From Coprobacillaceae bacterium (GTDB lineage: Bacteria > Bacillota_I > Bacilli_A > Erysipelotrichales > Coprobacillaceae), in the NCBI GenBank assembly GCA_963675915.1, contig OY780959.1, forward strand, positions 2,130,001 through 2,162,000: 32,000 bases of DNA, read 5' to 3'. Positions 8,063-16,186 of this stretch are shown here, piece after piece; the first letter of the stretch is position 1, and each line of letters starts with the position of its first letter. The notes beneath the pieces were generated by a model. The model worked only from the letters and a program-made list of their open reading frames with translations, was not told the origin of the DNA and searched no databases. The translations under genes were made by a program, and so were the position numbers.

Positions 8063-8515
8063 TCATTTTGCCTGTTCCAGATTAAGTAGTCGTTGTTTCA
8101 ATTCCAGTCCTCCGGCGTATCCGGTCAACTTACCATTGGAACCGACACAGCGATGGCAGGGGATGATGATCGGGATGGGATTCTTGTTATTGGCATTTCC
8201 CACGGCTCGAAAAGCTTTGGGGTTATCTATCGCCAGGGCAATATCTTTATAACTAACCGTTTTGCCATACGGGATATTTTGCAATTCCTGCCAGACACTT
8301 TTCTGGAAGGCAGTTCCTTGAGGGTCAAGGGGAAGTTCGAATTGGGTTCTGGTGCCTGAAAAATACTCCTGAAGCTGACGGAAAGCTTCATCGGTCAGCT
8401 TGGTTTTACTTCCCTGGGCGTAGTGGGGATTGAAACTGACTTTTGTGATTGAACTGCCGTTTTCTTCAATCAACAGTCTTCCAATTGAAGAGTCATAGAT
8501 ATAGTGGGTTTTCAT
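8063..8515 (-). CDS. ogt: Methylated-DNA--protein-cysteine methyltransferase
   Basis: Active-site PCHRCV motif and YGKTVSYKDIA helix-turn-helix region. Start re-set to ATG 8515 (AAGGAG RBS), giving 150 aa. Confidence 0.9.
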   Translation of the reverse strand: MKTHYIYDSSIGRLLIEENGSSITKVSFNPHYAQGSKTKLTDEAFRQLQEYFSGTRTQFELPLDPQGTAFQKSVWQELQNIPYGKTVSYKDIALAIDNPKAFRAVGNANNKNPIPIIIPCHRCVGSNGKLTGYAGGLELKQRLLNLEQAK

Positions 8516-8581
8516 AAGAGTCTCCTTCATAAAGATAATGGATATATTTCCATGATAGTACAATCAAAGTGAACATTCAAA

Positions 8582-8609
8582 CAAAAAGGGTACTCAATAA
8601 GAGTACCCC
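8582..8609 (-). terminator. Rho-independent terminator of the MarR-ABC operon
   Basis: GGGTACTC (8588-8595) pairs with GAGTACCC (8601-8608). A T-run follows on the minus strand. Confidence 0.8.
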
Positions 8610-8612
8610 TGG

Positions 8613-10478
8613 CTAACTCAGTTCGAGACTGCCGGTATATAATTGGTGATAAATTCCTTTTTGCTTTAACAATTTGTCATGGTTACCACGTTCGATGATG
8701 CGACCTTGGTCCATAACCATAATCACATCGGAATTGACGATTGTCGAGAGACGGTGAGCAATGACAAAGACTGTTCGGCCATGCATCAGTTTATCCATCC
8801 CTTCCTGAACAATTTTTTCAGTTCTGGTATCGATGCTTGATGTTGCTTCATCAAGAATCAATACCGGGGGATTAGCCAAAGCGGCTCTGGCGATAGAAAG
8901 TAATTGTCTTTGACCCTGGGATAAACTGTCCCCATGACCATCAATCACAGTATCATAACCAAATTCCAGATGTTTGATGAAACTGTCAGCATTGGCCAGT
9001 TTGGCCGCCTGGACAACTTCCTCGTCACTGGCCTCAGGATTTGAGTAGCGGATATTATCCTTGATTGAGCCGCTGAAGAGATGGGTATCCTGTAAAACGA
9101 TTCCCAGCGAACGACGCAAGTCTTGCTTCTTGATGGTTTTGATATCGATGTTGTCATAAACAATGCTTCCTGACTGGATATCATAAAAGCGGTTGATCAG
9201 ATTGGTTATTGTAGTCTTACCAGCTCCAGTAGAACCAACCAAAGCTACTTTTTGACCTTGCGATGCATACATATTGATATCATGAAGAATCTGTTTGTTT
9301 TCATTATAGGAAAAATCCACATTGTTGAAAGTGATATCTCCGGTTAGTTTTACCAAATCAACAGTACCGTCTTTGTGCGGATGGCGCCAGGCCCATGTTT
9401 TGGTCTTTTCATTGGTTTCGTAAAGTCCATTTTCATCCTCCTTGACGTTGACCAAGGTAACACAACCATCATCATCTTCAGGAGTTTGATCCAATAGGTT
9501 GAAGATCCGATTGATACCGGCACCAGCCATGATAACCGCATTGAACTGCTGTGATATCTGAGTAAGTGGCATGGTGAATGAACGGTTAAGTTGTAAGAAT
9601 GCGACCAGACCACCGATTGAAAGTGCTCCGATATTGTTGATGGCAAATAGTCCGCCGATAATTGCAGTAACCACATAAGAAAGGTTTCCGATATTCATAA
9701 TGATCGGCATCAAGCTCGATGCGTATTTATTGGCGTTGTAGGCTGATTTGAACAAAGCTTCATTGATTTTGTCAAAATCCTGACGTGAATATTCTTCATG
9801 AGTGAAGACTTTGACAATCCGCTGCCCTTCCATCATTTCTTCGACATAGCCGTTTACTTTCCCCAGATTGGCCTGTTGTTCTTTGAAGTGTTTGGATGAC
9901 TGCTTGCCAAGGTATTGGATAACTTTTACCATGATAATTGAAAAGAATACGATGATTATTGTCAGTTGCCATGATGTCGCCAGCATAGCGAAGAATACTC
10001 CAACTATCGTTACAAACGAAGAGAAACCTTGGGGAACCGATTGGGAGATAACTTGACGGATGGTATCGGTATCGTTGGTGTAAACAGACATGATATCACC
10101 GTGTTGAGTAGTATCGAAGTATTTGATTGGAAGTTGTTCCATTTTTTCAAAAAGGTCTCTTCGCAGACTGTCCAATGTTCCCTGGGATACTTCAATCAAC
10201 AGGAAACTATAAAGATAAGTGGACGTGACCCCGAAAAGATAAATCCCACCCATCACAAGTAATGCTTGAATCAGCGGCGAATAGTCGGGAATGCTCTGAT
10301 TTAGCATCGGAGCAATGTAATCATCAATCAGCGACTGCAAAAACAACGAACTGGCAACAGTAGTCAGCGATGAAATTATCAAAAAAACGATAATGACGAA
10401 CAGCCTTTTCTTATATTTTTTCAAGATGTATTTGATAAGGCGTGAATAATCCTTCAGCGATCCTTTAGGCTTTTGCAT
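8613..10478 (-). CDS. ABC exporter half-transporter (TMD-NBD), canonical Walker B subunit of a heterodimer
   Basis: Walker A GSTGAGKTT, Walker B VLILDEATSSID, H-loop IAHRLST, non-canonical signature LSQGQ. Start re-set to ATG 10478 behind AAAGGAGGTG, giving 621 aa. Confidence 0.92.
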   Translation of the reverse strand: MQKPKGSLKDYSRLIKYILKKYKKRLFVIIVFLIISSLTTVASSLFLQSLIDDYIAPMLNQSIPDYSPLIQALLVMGGIYLFGVTSTYLYSFLLIEVSQGTLDSLRRDLFEKMEQLPIKYFDTTQHGDIMSVYTNDTDTIRQVISQSVPQGFSSFVTIVGVFFAMLATSWQLTIIIVFFSIIMVKVIQYLGKQSSKHFKEQQANLGKVNGYVEEMMEGQRIVKVFTHEEYSRQDFDKINEALFKSAYNANKYASSLMPIIMNIGNLSYVVTAIIGGLFAINNIGALSIGGLVAFLQLNRSFTMPLTQISQQFNAVIMAGAGINRIFNLLDQTPEDDDGCVTLVNVKEDENGLYETNEKTKTWAWRHPHKDGTVDLVKLTGDITFNNVDFSYNENKQILHDINMYASQGQKVALVGSTGAGKTTITNLINRFYDIQSGSIVYDNIDIKTIKKQDLRRSLGIVLQDTHLFSGSIKDNIRYSNPEASDEEVVQAAKLANADSFIKHLEFGYDTVIDGHGDSLSQGQRQLLSIARAALANPPVLILDEATSSIDTRTEKIVQEGMDKLMHGRTVFVIAHRLSTIVNSDVIMVMDQGRIIERGNHDKLLKQKGIYHQLYTGSLELS

Positions 10479-12213
10479 CAGAAGCACCTCCTTTGATTTG
10501 AGTATAGTAAACTTCCTGGTAGATCGGAGAACTTTCCAGAAGACGTTCGTGAGTTCCGATATCCGAAATCCCACCATTGTCCATTACAATGATTTTGTCA
10601 GCGTATTGAATCGATGAGATTCGTTGTGAAATGATTATCTTGGTTGTATCTTTGATTTTATTCTTGAATCCGTCTTGAATTCTCTTGTCGGTAGCTGTGT
10701 CAACCGCACTGGTTGAATCATCAAGAATCAGGATTTTGGGTTGTTTTATTAGTGCCCGGGCGATTGTAAGACGTTGCTTTTGCCCACCGGAAACATTGAC
10801 GCCCCCCCGTTCAAGATAAGTATCATAGCCATCAGGCATGCGGGAAATGAATTCATCGGCCTGAGCCAATTCGCAAATTTCCTTGATTTCCTCAAGGGAA
10901 GCATCGTGCTTACCCCACCGGATATTGTCGGCAATTGTCCCTGAGAAAAGGACGTTTTTTTGAAGAACGACAGCAACATTGTCACGAAGCGTCTTCAAAT
11001 CGTAATCTCGAACATCAACCCCACCAACTTTCAGGCTGCCTGAAGTCACATCATACAAACGGGAAATCAGTTGAACCAAAGTTGATTTGGCTGATCCGGT
11101 CCCTCCGATGATTCCAATAGTTTCACCGGATGCAATATTAAGATTAATATCGGCAAGATTCAGGTTTTCAGGATCATCGGCATACGAGAAATTGACATTA
11201 TCGAAAGATATCGAACCATCTTTAACTGCCAGAACCGGTTGAGCGGGATTGATTATTGTCGGAACTTCATCAATAATTTCATTAATTCGCTTCATTGAAG
11301 CAAATGAAATCGACAGCATGACAAACATCATCGAGAACATCATCAATGACATCATGATATTGGCCGTATATGAAATAACCGAGGATAGTTGTCCGATGGC
11401 CATGGTGCCTTCGACATTGAACCGAGCGCCCAGGAATGATATCGCGATAATGGCGCTGTACATAGTGAACTGCATGATTGGTGCATTGAAAACCACAATC
11501 GATTCGGCTTTTTTGAACATGCGATAAAGGTTGTAGGCAGCCACTGAGAATTTTTCGATTTCGGTATTTTCCTGAACATAAGCTTTGACATCGCGCATAT
11601 TGGTGATGTTTTCCTGAATGGAAGCGTTCAGTTCGTCATATTTTTCAAAGGTTCTTGTAAAGCTTGGAATTGCATTTGAAAGGATAAAATATAGAAAGAC
11701 TCCCAAAAATGCCGCCGCGACCAGATAAACCAGCGACAATCGCGGTGATATGGTAAAGGTCAAAAACAGTGCTACTAAAAGCGACAAGGGAGACCTGACG
11801 ATAATGACCAGAATCATCATGTATGAGTTCTGGATATTGATAACATCGGTGGATAGTCTGGTAATCAGACTTGATGTCGGGTATTTGTCGATATTGCTAA
11901 AAGAAAAATTCTGGATATTGTTGAATGTTGCTTTACGAATATTTTTGGCAAAACCGGTTGATGCCAGCGCATATTTACGCATTGAGAACATCCCGATTAA
12001 TAATGATGCGATGGTACATCCGATCATCAGAGTTCCGTAAACAAAAATGTTCCGGGTATCCTGCATCATAACCCCCTCATCAATAATCAGGGCAATCATA
12101 TAAGGGACAAGCAGTTCGAGAACCACTTGAACTGCGATGCCTATCATCCCGATCAAAGTTGGCCGTTTATATTCCTGAAGCAACGAAAGTGTTTTATTAA
12201 TGGTTCTAATCAT
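10465..12213 (-). CDS. ABC exporter half-transporter (TMD-NBD), degenerate-site subunit of a heterodimer
   Basis: Walker A GGTGSAKST and signature VSGGQ. Walker B ILILDDSTSAVD has Asp where the catalytic Glu is expected. H-loop His is replaced by Gln (IISQRISS). 14-nt overlap with the partner gene. Confidence 0.92.
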   Translation of the reverse strand: MIRTINKTLSLLQEYKRPTLIGMIGIAVQVVLELLVPYMIALIIDEGVMMQDTRNIFVYGTLMIGCTIASLLIGMFSMRKYALASTGFAKNIRKATFNNIQNFSFSNIDKYPTSSLITRLSTDVINIQNSYMMILVIIVRSPLSLLVALFLTFTISPRLSLVYLVAAAFLGVFLYFILSNAIPSFTRTFEKYDELNASIQENITNMRDVKAYVQENTEIEKFSVAAYNLYRMFKKAESIVVFNAPIMQFTMYSAIIAISFLGARFNVEGTMAIGQLSSVISYTANIMMSLMMFSMMFVMLSISFASMKRINEIIDEVPTIINPAQPVLAVKDGSISFDNVNFSYADDPENLNLADINLNIASGETIGIIGGTGSAKSTLVQLISRLYDVTSGSLKVGGVDVRDYDLKTLRDNVAVVLQKNVLFSGTIADNIRWGKHDASLEEIKEICELAQADEFISRMPDGYDTYLERGGVNVSGGQKQRLTIARALIKQPKILILDDSTSAVDTATDKRIQDGFKNKIKDTTKIIISQRISSIQYADKIIVMDNGGISDIGTHERLLESSPIYQEVYYTQIKGGASDAKA

Positions 12214-12646
12214 TTTCGTTCTCCTGTTTCAAGTAAATTTTCATTAGGTATTTTTTTAGATTCTCCTGCTCCTGCTCTGAAAGACAGTCAAGCATATTAC
12301 GCTCATTTTCATTGATGCTGTCAAGGATTGCCTTATCAACATCCCGAGCTTTGTCGGTAACATACAGCAGTCTTGATCTGCGGTCTGTAATGGAAGCTTC
12401 CTTATAAACATAATCTTTTGCTTCCAGTCTTTTGATGATTCCGGTTACCGTCGGATTGGATAGTTTCAATTCAATTTCGATATCTTTTTGCATTATATCC
12501 TGGTTCTTTTCATTGGCAACCAGAATGGATTTCAAAACCCGTCCCTGAGAAAGCGTCAAATCAAATTTGGAAAGACGGATATTAAGATTATATACAAAAT
12601 TATCATTGATTTTTTTCAACAGGTATCCTACATTGTAATGTTTCAT
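12206..12646 (-). CDS. MarR-family transcriptional regulator
   Basis: 146 aa; LTLSQGRVL...QKDIEIELKLSNPTVTGIIKRLEAKDYV winged-HTH pattern. 8-nt overlap with the first ABC gene. Confidence 0.88.
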   Translation of the reverse strand: MKHYNVGYLLKKINDNFVYNLNIRLSKFDLTLSQGRVLKSILVANEKNQDIMQKDIEIELKLSNPTVTGIIKRLEAKDYVYKEASITDRRSRLLYVTDKARDVDKAILDSINENERNMLDCLSEQEQENLKKYLMKIYLKQENEND

Positions 12647-12661
12647 ATTTTCACCTCACAT

Positions 12662-12715
12662 ATACATAGCACGCTATGTGAAATACATAGTACGCTATAT
12701 TTGTTGGGGTGTCAA
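12662..12715 (-). promoter_or_regulatory. marR-ABC promoter with two tandem pseudo-palindromic boxes (candidate MarR operator)
   Basis: Minus strand: -35 TTGACA (12710-12715), 17-nt spacer, -10 TACTAT (12687-12692). Boxes ATACATAGCACGCTAT (12662-12677) and ATACATAGTACGCTAT (12683-12698) are 21 bp apart. The first contains the palindrome CATAGC-ac-GCTATG. Confidence 0.6.
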
Positions 12716-12726
12716 TAGTTAAGCAT

Positions 12727-12757
12727 CAAAAAATTCACCAGATAAACTGGTGAATTT
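12727..12757 (-). terminator. Rho-independent terminator of the PF06541-like gene
   Basis: AATTCACCAG (12732-12741) pairs with CTGGTGAATT (12747-12756). A T-run follows on the minus strand. Confidence 0.8.
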
Positions 12758-13604
12758 AACGTCTGTTTTTCATTATATTTTGAATCTGTTTCAAAATCAC
12801 AGGATATTTCTTGGATACTGCAGTCGGATTACGTCGCAGCATGTTCACAACGCGATGATTTTTACGGGCAAACAGGCCGGCATTCTCAATCGCTTTGAGC
12901 AACTCATTGTAATGTTCGCGTGGTAATTTGGTCAAACGGTCAACGTGGTTTTCCAAAGAATTTTTTCGAGCCTGGTACTTTTCGATAATCTCCTGGTTGT
13001 CGGGTTTAATGGCGCTAAAGAGGTTTAAATCGACATTGCGAAGTTTCCCTAACTCAAGAGTTTTTCGGGATATTTCGCCCAGCAAAGCCCGCAAATGGAG
13101 TCCGTCAAATACCGAAACTGCAAAATCAACGATAAAATAGATCAGGGCCGCATAGGTTATAACCCGGATATAATTATAGTCAATCCCTAGGATAAATCCG
13201 GAAACGGCTGGATGAATGAATTCAGTCAATAAATATGAGAGAAAACCCCAGAACAAAGATGACTGAGGACAAATATATCCCTTGATATTACCTTTGAAAT
13301 CAGTGTAGTCCCAATAGCGGACCTTGAATATCTTTTCCATGGTAATCCCGGTAACCAACTCCAGAGTGGTGGCAACGATGACATATAAAACAAAAGTTGC
13401 CAGGGGATTGTGGTTTACCAATTCATAGATAATCAGACAGCTCAGGGAACCGACTCCATAGATGGGAATGAGCGGACCGTTTAAAAAACCTCGATTAATC
13501 AACTTTCCGGCTTTTATTGACTCGTAGATAACTTCCCAAATCCAGCCAAAAAAACTGTAGGTTATGAAAAAGGAAAGCCAAATTGTAATGGGATATTCGA
13601 ACAT
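12756..13604 (-). CDS. Putative ABC-transporter type IV / PF06541-like membrane protein with C-terminal soluble extension
   Basis: FFGWIWEVIY...RGFLNGPLIPIYGVG motif string is typical of that family. About 170-aa membrane domain plus about 110-aa helical tail. Confidence 0.6.
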   Translation of the reverse strand: MFEYPITIWLSFFITYSFFGWIWEVIYESIKAGKLINRGFLNGPLIPIYGVGSLSCLIIYELVNHNPLATFVLYVIVATTLELVTGITMEKIFKVRYWDYTDFKGNIKGYICPQSSLFWGFLSYLLTEFIHPAVSGFILGIDYNYIRVITYAALIYFIVDFAVSVFDGLHLRALLGEISRKTLELGKLRNVDLNLFSAIKPDNQEIIEKYQARKNSLENHVDRLTKLPREHYNELLKAIENAGLFARKNHRVVNMLRRNPTAVSKKYPVILKQIQNIMKNRR

Positions 13605-13655
13605 AGTAATCTCCTTGCAAATATTATGGGCTGATAAAAGTATTGTCTAATCAAG

Positions 13656-13684
13656 ATTATACTACTATCTCAGGAAACTTTAAA
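13656..13684 (-). promoter_or_regulatory. Candidate promoter of the PF06541-like gene
   Basis: Minus strand: TTTAAA (13679-13684), 17-nt spacer, TATAAT (13656-13661). Confidence 0.4.
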
Positions 13685-13788
13685 GATAATCCGGTAGAAT
13701 CCCCCGAGAAATAGAACTGAATCCAAAATATGTAATGTTTATAGTAGAAATTGGTAAATATCGTGTTATAATAAAGTTAATAAAAGTG

Positions 13789-13817
13789 TTGATATATAAG
13801 TATTGATGTGCTATATT
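13789..13817 (+). promoter_or_regulatory. Sigma-A promoter of the lysine-riboswitch operon
   Basis: TTGATA (13789-13794), 17-nt spacer ending in TGc, TATATT (13812-13817). Confidence 0.65.
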
Positions 13818-13825
13818 ATACATTA

Positions 13826-14038
13826 ATTAGGATAGAGGCGCGAACGTTCAAGAAGCTAATGTTGCAATATGCGAACAGACATTAGGGGAGGGAACTTCGC
13901 CGAAGGAATAATTTATCGCATTAAATTATTGCCTGGTTTTTTAGAGAATATCTACTAAACTGTCATTACTTGGTAATGGTGAGCTATCATTGTGAGATTG
14001 TTTTTTGTCGCAGTGATAATTCATTGCGGCATTTTTTT
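13826..14038 (+). promoter_or_regulatory. Lysine riboswitch (L-box) with expression-platform terminator
   Basis: Conserved L-box blocks AGGATAGAGGCGCGAAC.TTCAAGA, GGGGAG...TTCGCCGAAGG, CTGTCA and GGTGAGCTATC closely parallel the B. subtilis lysC leader as I recall it. Terminator TGTCGCAGTGA (14006-16) pairs with TCATTGCGGCA (14021-31), followed by T7. Confidence 0.9.
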
Positions 14039-14059
14039 ATACATTAAAGGAGAAAAATT

Positions 14060-14533
14060 ATGGAAAAAGTTGTAGATTCATTCAGTTTTGAAGACGATAT
14101 TGTACAGATTAAGTTTTTGAATGTTCCGAAGCATCCACGATATATTGCCCGTATATTTGACATACTTGCAGAATCTGATGTAAACATTGATATGATTTCT
14201 CAAGTTATGACTGAGGATTTAATGCATTTGGAAATTACTTGTGACGACAAATATCAGCGAGAATTGAATCAGGCTATTATGAAGTTAAAAGAGGAGTTTA
14301 GCGACATTGAAGTTGAAATGTCGAGAAAATATTTCAAAATGGCTGTCGGGGGTACTTTAATGGAAGATACTCCGGGGGCGGCTGCAAAAGTATTCGGTAT
14401 CTTGGGAGATAATAACATTCATTTCTATCAAGTATCGACATCGAAACGGACAGTTTCATTTGTCATTGACAAAGAAAACAAGGAACTGGCATTACAAAAA
14501 ATTAGTGAAGCATTTGATATGGAGGAAAAATAG
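14060..14533 (+). CDS. Stand-alone tandem-ACT-domain protein resembling the aspartokinase beta (regulatory) subunit
   Basis: 157 aa. MEKVV...IARIFDILAESDVNIDMISQ and KMAVGG..PGAAAKVFGILGDNNIHFYQVSTS..SFVI parallel the two ACT repeats of LysC-beta (for example Corynebacterium MEEAVLTGV...[23 protein letters not shown]). No kinase domain upstream. Confidence 0.75.
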   Translation: MEKVVDSFSFEDDIVQIKFLNVPKHPRYIARIFDILAESDVNIDMISQVMTEDLMHLEITCDDKYQRELNQAIMKLKEEFSDIEVEMSRKYFKMAVGGTLMEDTPGAAAKVFGILGDNNIHFYQVSTSKRTVSFVIDKENKELALQKISEAFDMEEK

Positions 14534-15427
14534 ATGGCAATTTTTGAAGGTTCAGCGGTAGCATTGGTACTTCCGATGCACGATAATGGTGATATTGATT
14601 ATGATGGGTTCAGAGCCCATATCAGAAGAATGATCGATGGCGGGGTAAAAGCGCTGCTTGTTAACGGAACAACCGGAGAGACAGCAACAATTTCAATCGA
14701 AGATGAATTCGAGTTGATCGATATTACATTGGAAGAGGCAAAAGGAAAAGACGTGAAGGTAATTTCGGGAGCCGGATCCAATGATACAGCAACAGCAATC
14801 AAAAAAGCTAAATACTGTGCGCAAGCCGGGGTTGATGCAATCCTGGTAGTTACACCATATTATAATAAAACCAGCCAGGAAGGTCTTTATCAACATTTCA
14901 CTGCAATCGCCGCAGCGACTGAATTGCCGATGATTCTTTATAATGTTCCCGGACGTACCGGCGTAAACATGGGGGTAGAAGTGGTTGCTCGATTGGCTAA
15001 AAATCCCAAAATCGCAGCAATCAAAGATGCTACTGACGACATTTGTTATGCCATGGAAGTTCTGGCAAAAACAAAAGAAGATGATTTCGATGTCTACTCA
15101 GGATGTGACGACAATATCCTGCCTTTGATGGCGGCTGGAGCAAAAGGGGTTATTTCAGTATTGTCAAATGTGTATCCTCGTGAATGTCAGATGTTGTGTG
15201 ACTATGTCTTGAGCAATGACTTTGCCAAAGCTCGTCAACTGGCTTATGATCTTGAACCAATCAGCCGTAATCTTTTTATCGATGTCAATCCAATCATGCC
15301 CAAAGCGGCTTTGAATCATAAAGGATACATGAGTGCTGCATTGAGATTGCCGCTGATCCAGACTACAAAAGATAAACTGGATATTCTTGTTGATGCCATG
15401 AATACATTTGAAAGCAAGGGGTATTAA
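14534..15427 (+). CDS. dapA: 4-hydroxy-tetrahydrodipicolinate synthase
   Basis: GTTGE, YNKT, YNVPGRT and AIKDAT (Schiff-base Lys) motifs. The start abuts the ACT gene stop. Confidence 0.95.
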   Translation: MAIFEGSAVALVLPMHDNGDIDYDGFRAHIRRMIDGGVKALLVNGTTGETATISIEDEFELIDITLEEAKGKDVKVISGAGSNDTATAIKKAKYCAQAGVDAILVVTPYYNKTSQEGLYQHFTAIAAATELPMILYNVPGRTGVNMGVEVVARLAKNPKIAAIKDATDDICYAMEVLAKTKEDDFDVYSGCDDNILPLMAAGAKGVISVLSNVYPRECQMLCDYVLSNDFAKARQLAYDLEPISRNLFIDVNPIMPKAALNHKGYMSAALRLPLIQTTKDKLDILVDAMNTFESKGY

Positions 15428-16176
15428 TGATGAGAACTATAGTTTATGGATATGGTCTGATGGGCCAAAAAATAGTTGCAAAAGTTGCAGCTAATGAAAA
15501 GATGGAATTGGTTGGAGTTGTTTCACCATTCTTCGACAGCAAGCCTGATGATGTGGCAACATTTTCATCACTGAAAGAGGTTGTTGATCCGGTTGATGTG
15601 ATCATCGATTTCTCTCATCCTAACAATTTGGATGACATTTTGGATTATTGCACCAAGACCAAAACCAAACTGGTTCTGGCAACTACCGGACTGTCTCAGG
15701 AACAACTTGAAAAAGTAGAAGAAGCCAGCAAAGATTTTGCGGTCTTCCAGTCATACAACACATCATTTGGAATGCAAATGGTTACCAAAATCCTGAAAAT
15801 GGTGGCCAAAGAATTTTACGACAACGGTTATGATATTGAAATTATGGAAAAGCATCATAACCAAAAGATAGATGCTCCAAGTGGAACTGCAATTTTGCTC
15901 TACGATGTCATGCACAATGAAATCGAGGAGAGCAAAGCAGTCTATGACCGCTCGAGTGTAAGAAAAAAAAGAGAGCATAGTGAGATTGGAATCAGCGCTA
16001 TGCGTGGGGGAACAATCTTCGGTGAACATGAAATAATGTTTGCGGGAACAGACGAAATTGTAGAAGTAAAGCATACTGCCTTGTCAAAAGATGTATTTGT
16101 TCAAGGTGCGATTTCGGCGGCTTTCTCTTTGAAAGATAAAGAAAAAGGTTTGTTCACATTAAAAACGTTATATTAA
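15427..16176 (+). CDS. dapB: 4-hydroxy-tetrahydrodipicolinate reductase
   Basis: EKHHNQKIDAPSGTA motif. TAATG overlap with dapA. Confidence 0.93.
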   Translation: MMRTIVYGYGLMGQKIVAKVAANEKMELVGVVSPFFDSKPDDVATFSSLKEVVDPVDVIIDFSHPNNLDDILDYCTKTKTKLVLATTGLSQEQLEKVEEASKDFAVFQSYNTSFGMQMVTKILKMVAKEFYDNGYDIEIMEKHHNQKIDAPSGTAILLYDVMHNEIEESKAVYDRSSVRKKREHSEIGISAMRGGTIFGEHEIMFAGTDEIVEVKHTALSKDVFVQGAISAAFSLKDKEKGLFTLKTLY

Positions 16177-16186
16177 GGAGAAAGAA

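Noticed and set aside
8516-8563. Longer N-terminal extensions given in the ORF track for ogt, and likewise for 10479-10577, 18234-18254, 21107-21121, 22976-23029, 24116-24154 and 5220-5246
   Set aside because: In each case an internal ATG is preceded at 5-9 nt by a strong Shine-Dalgarno sequence and gives the family-typical N-terminus. The extensions lack an RBS or run into the upstream gene or promoter.
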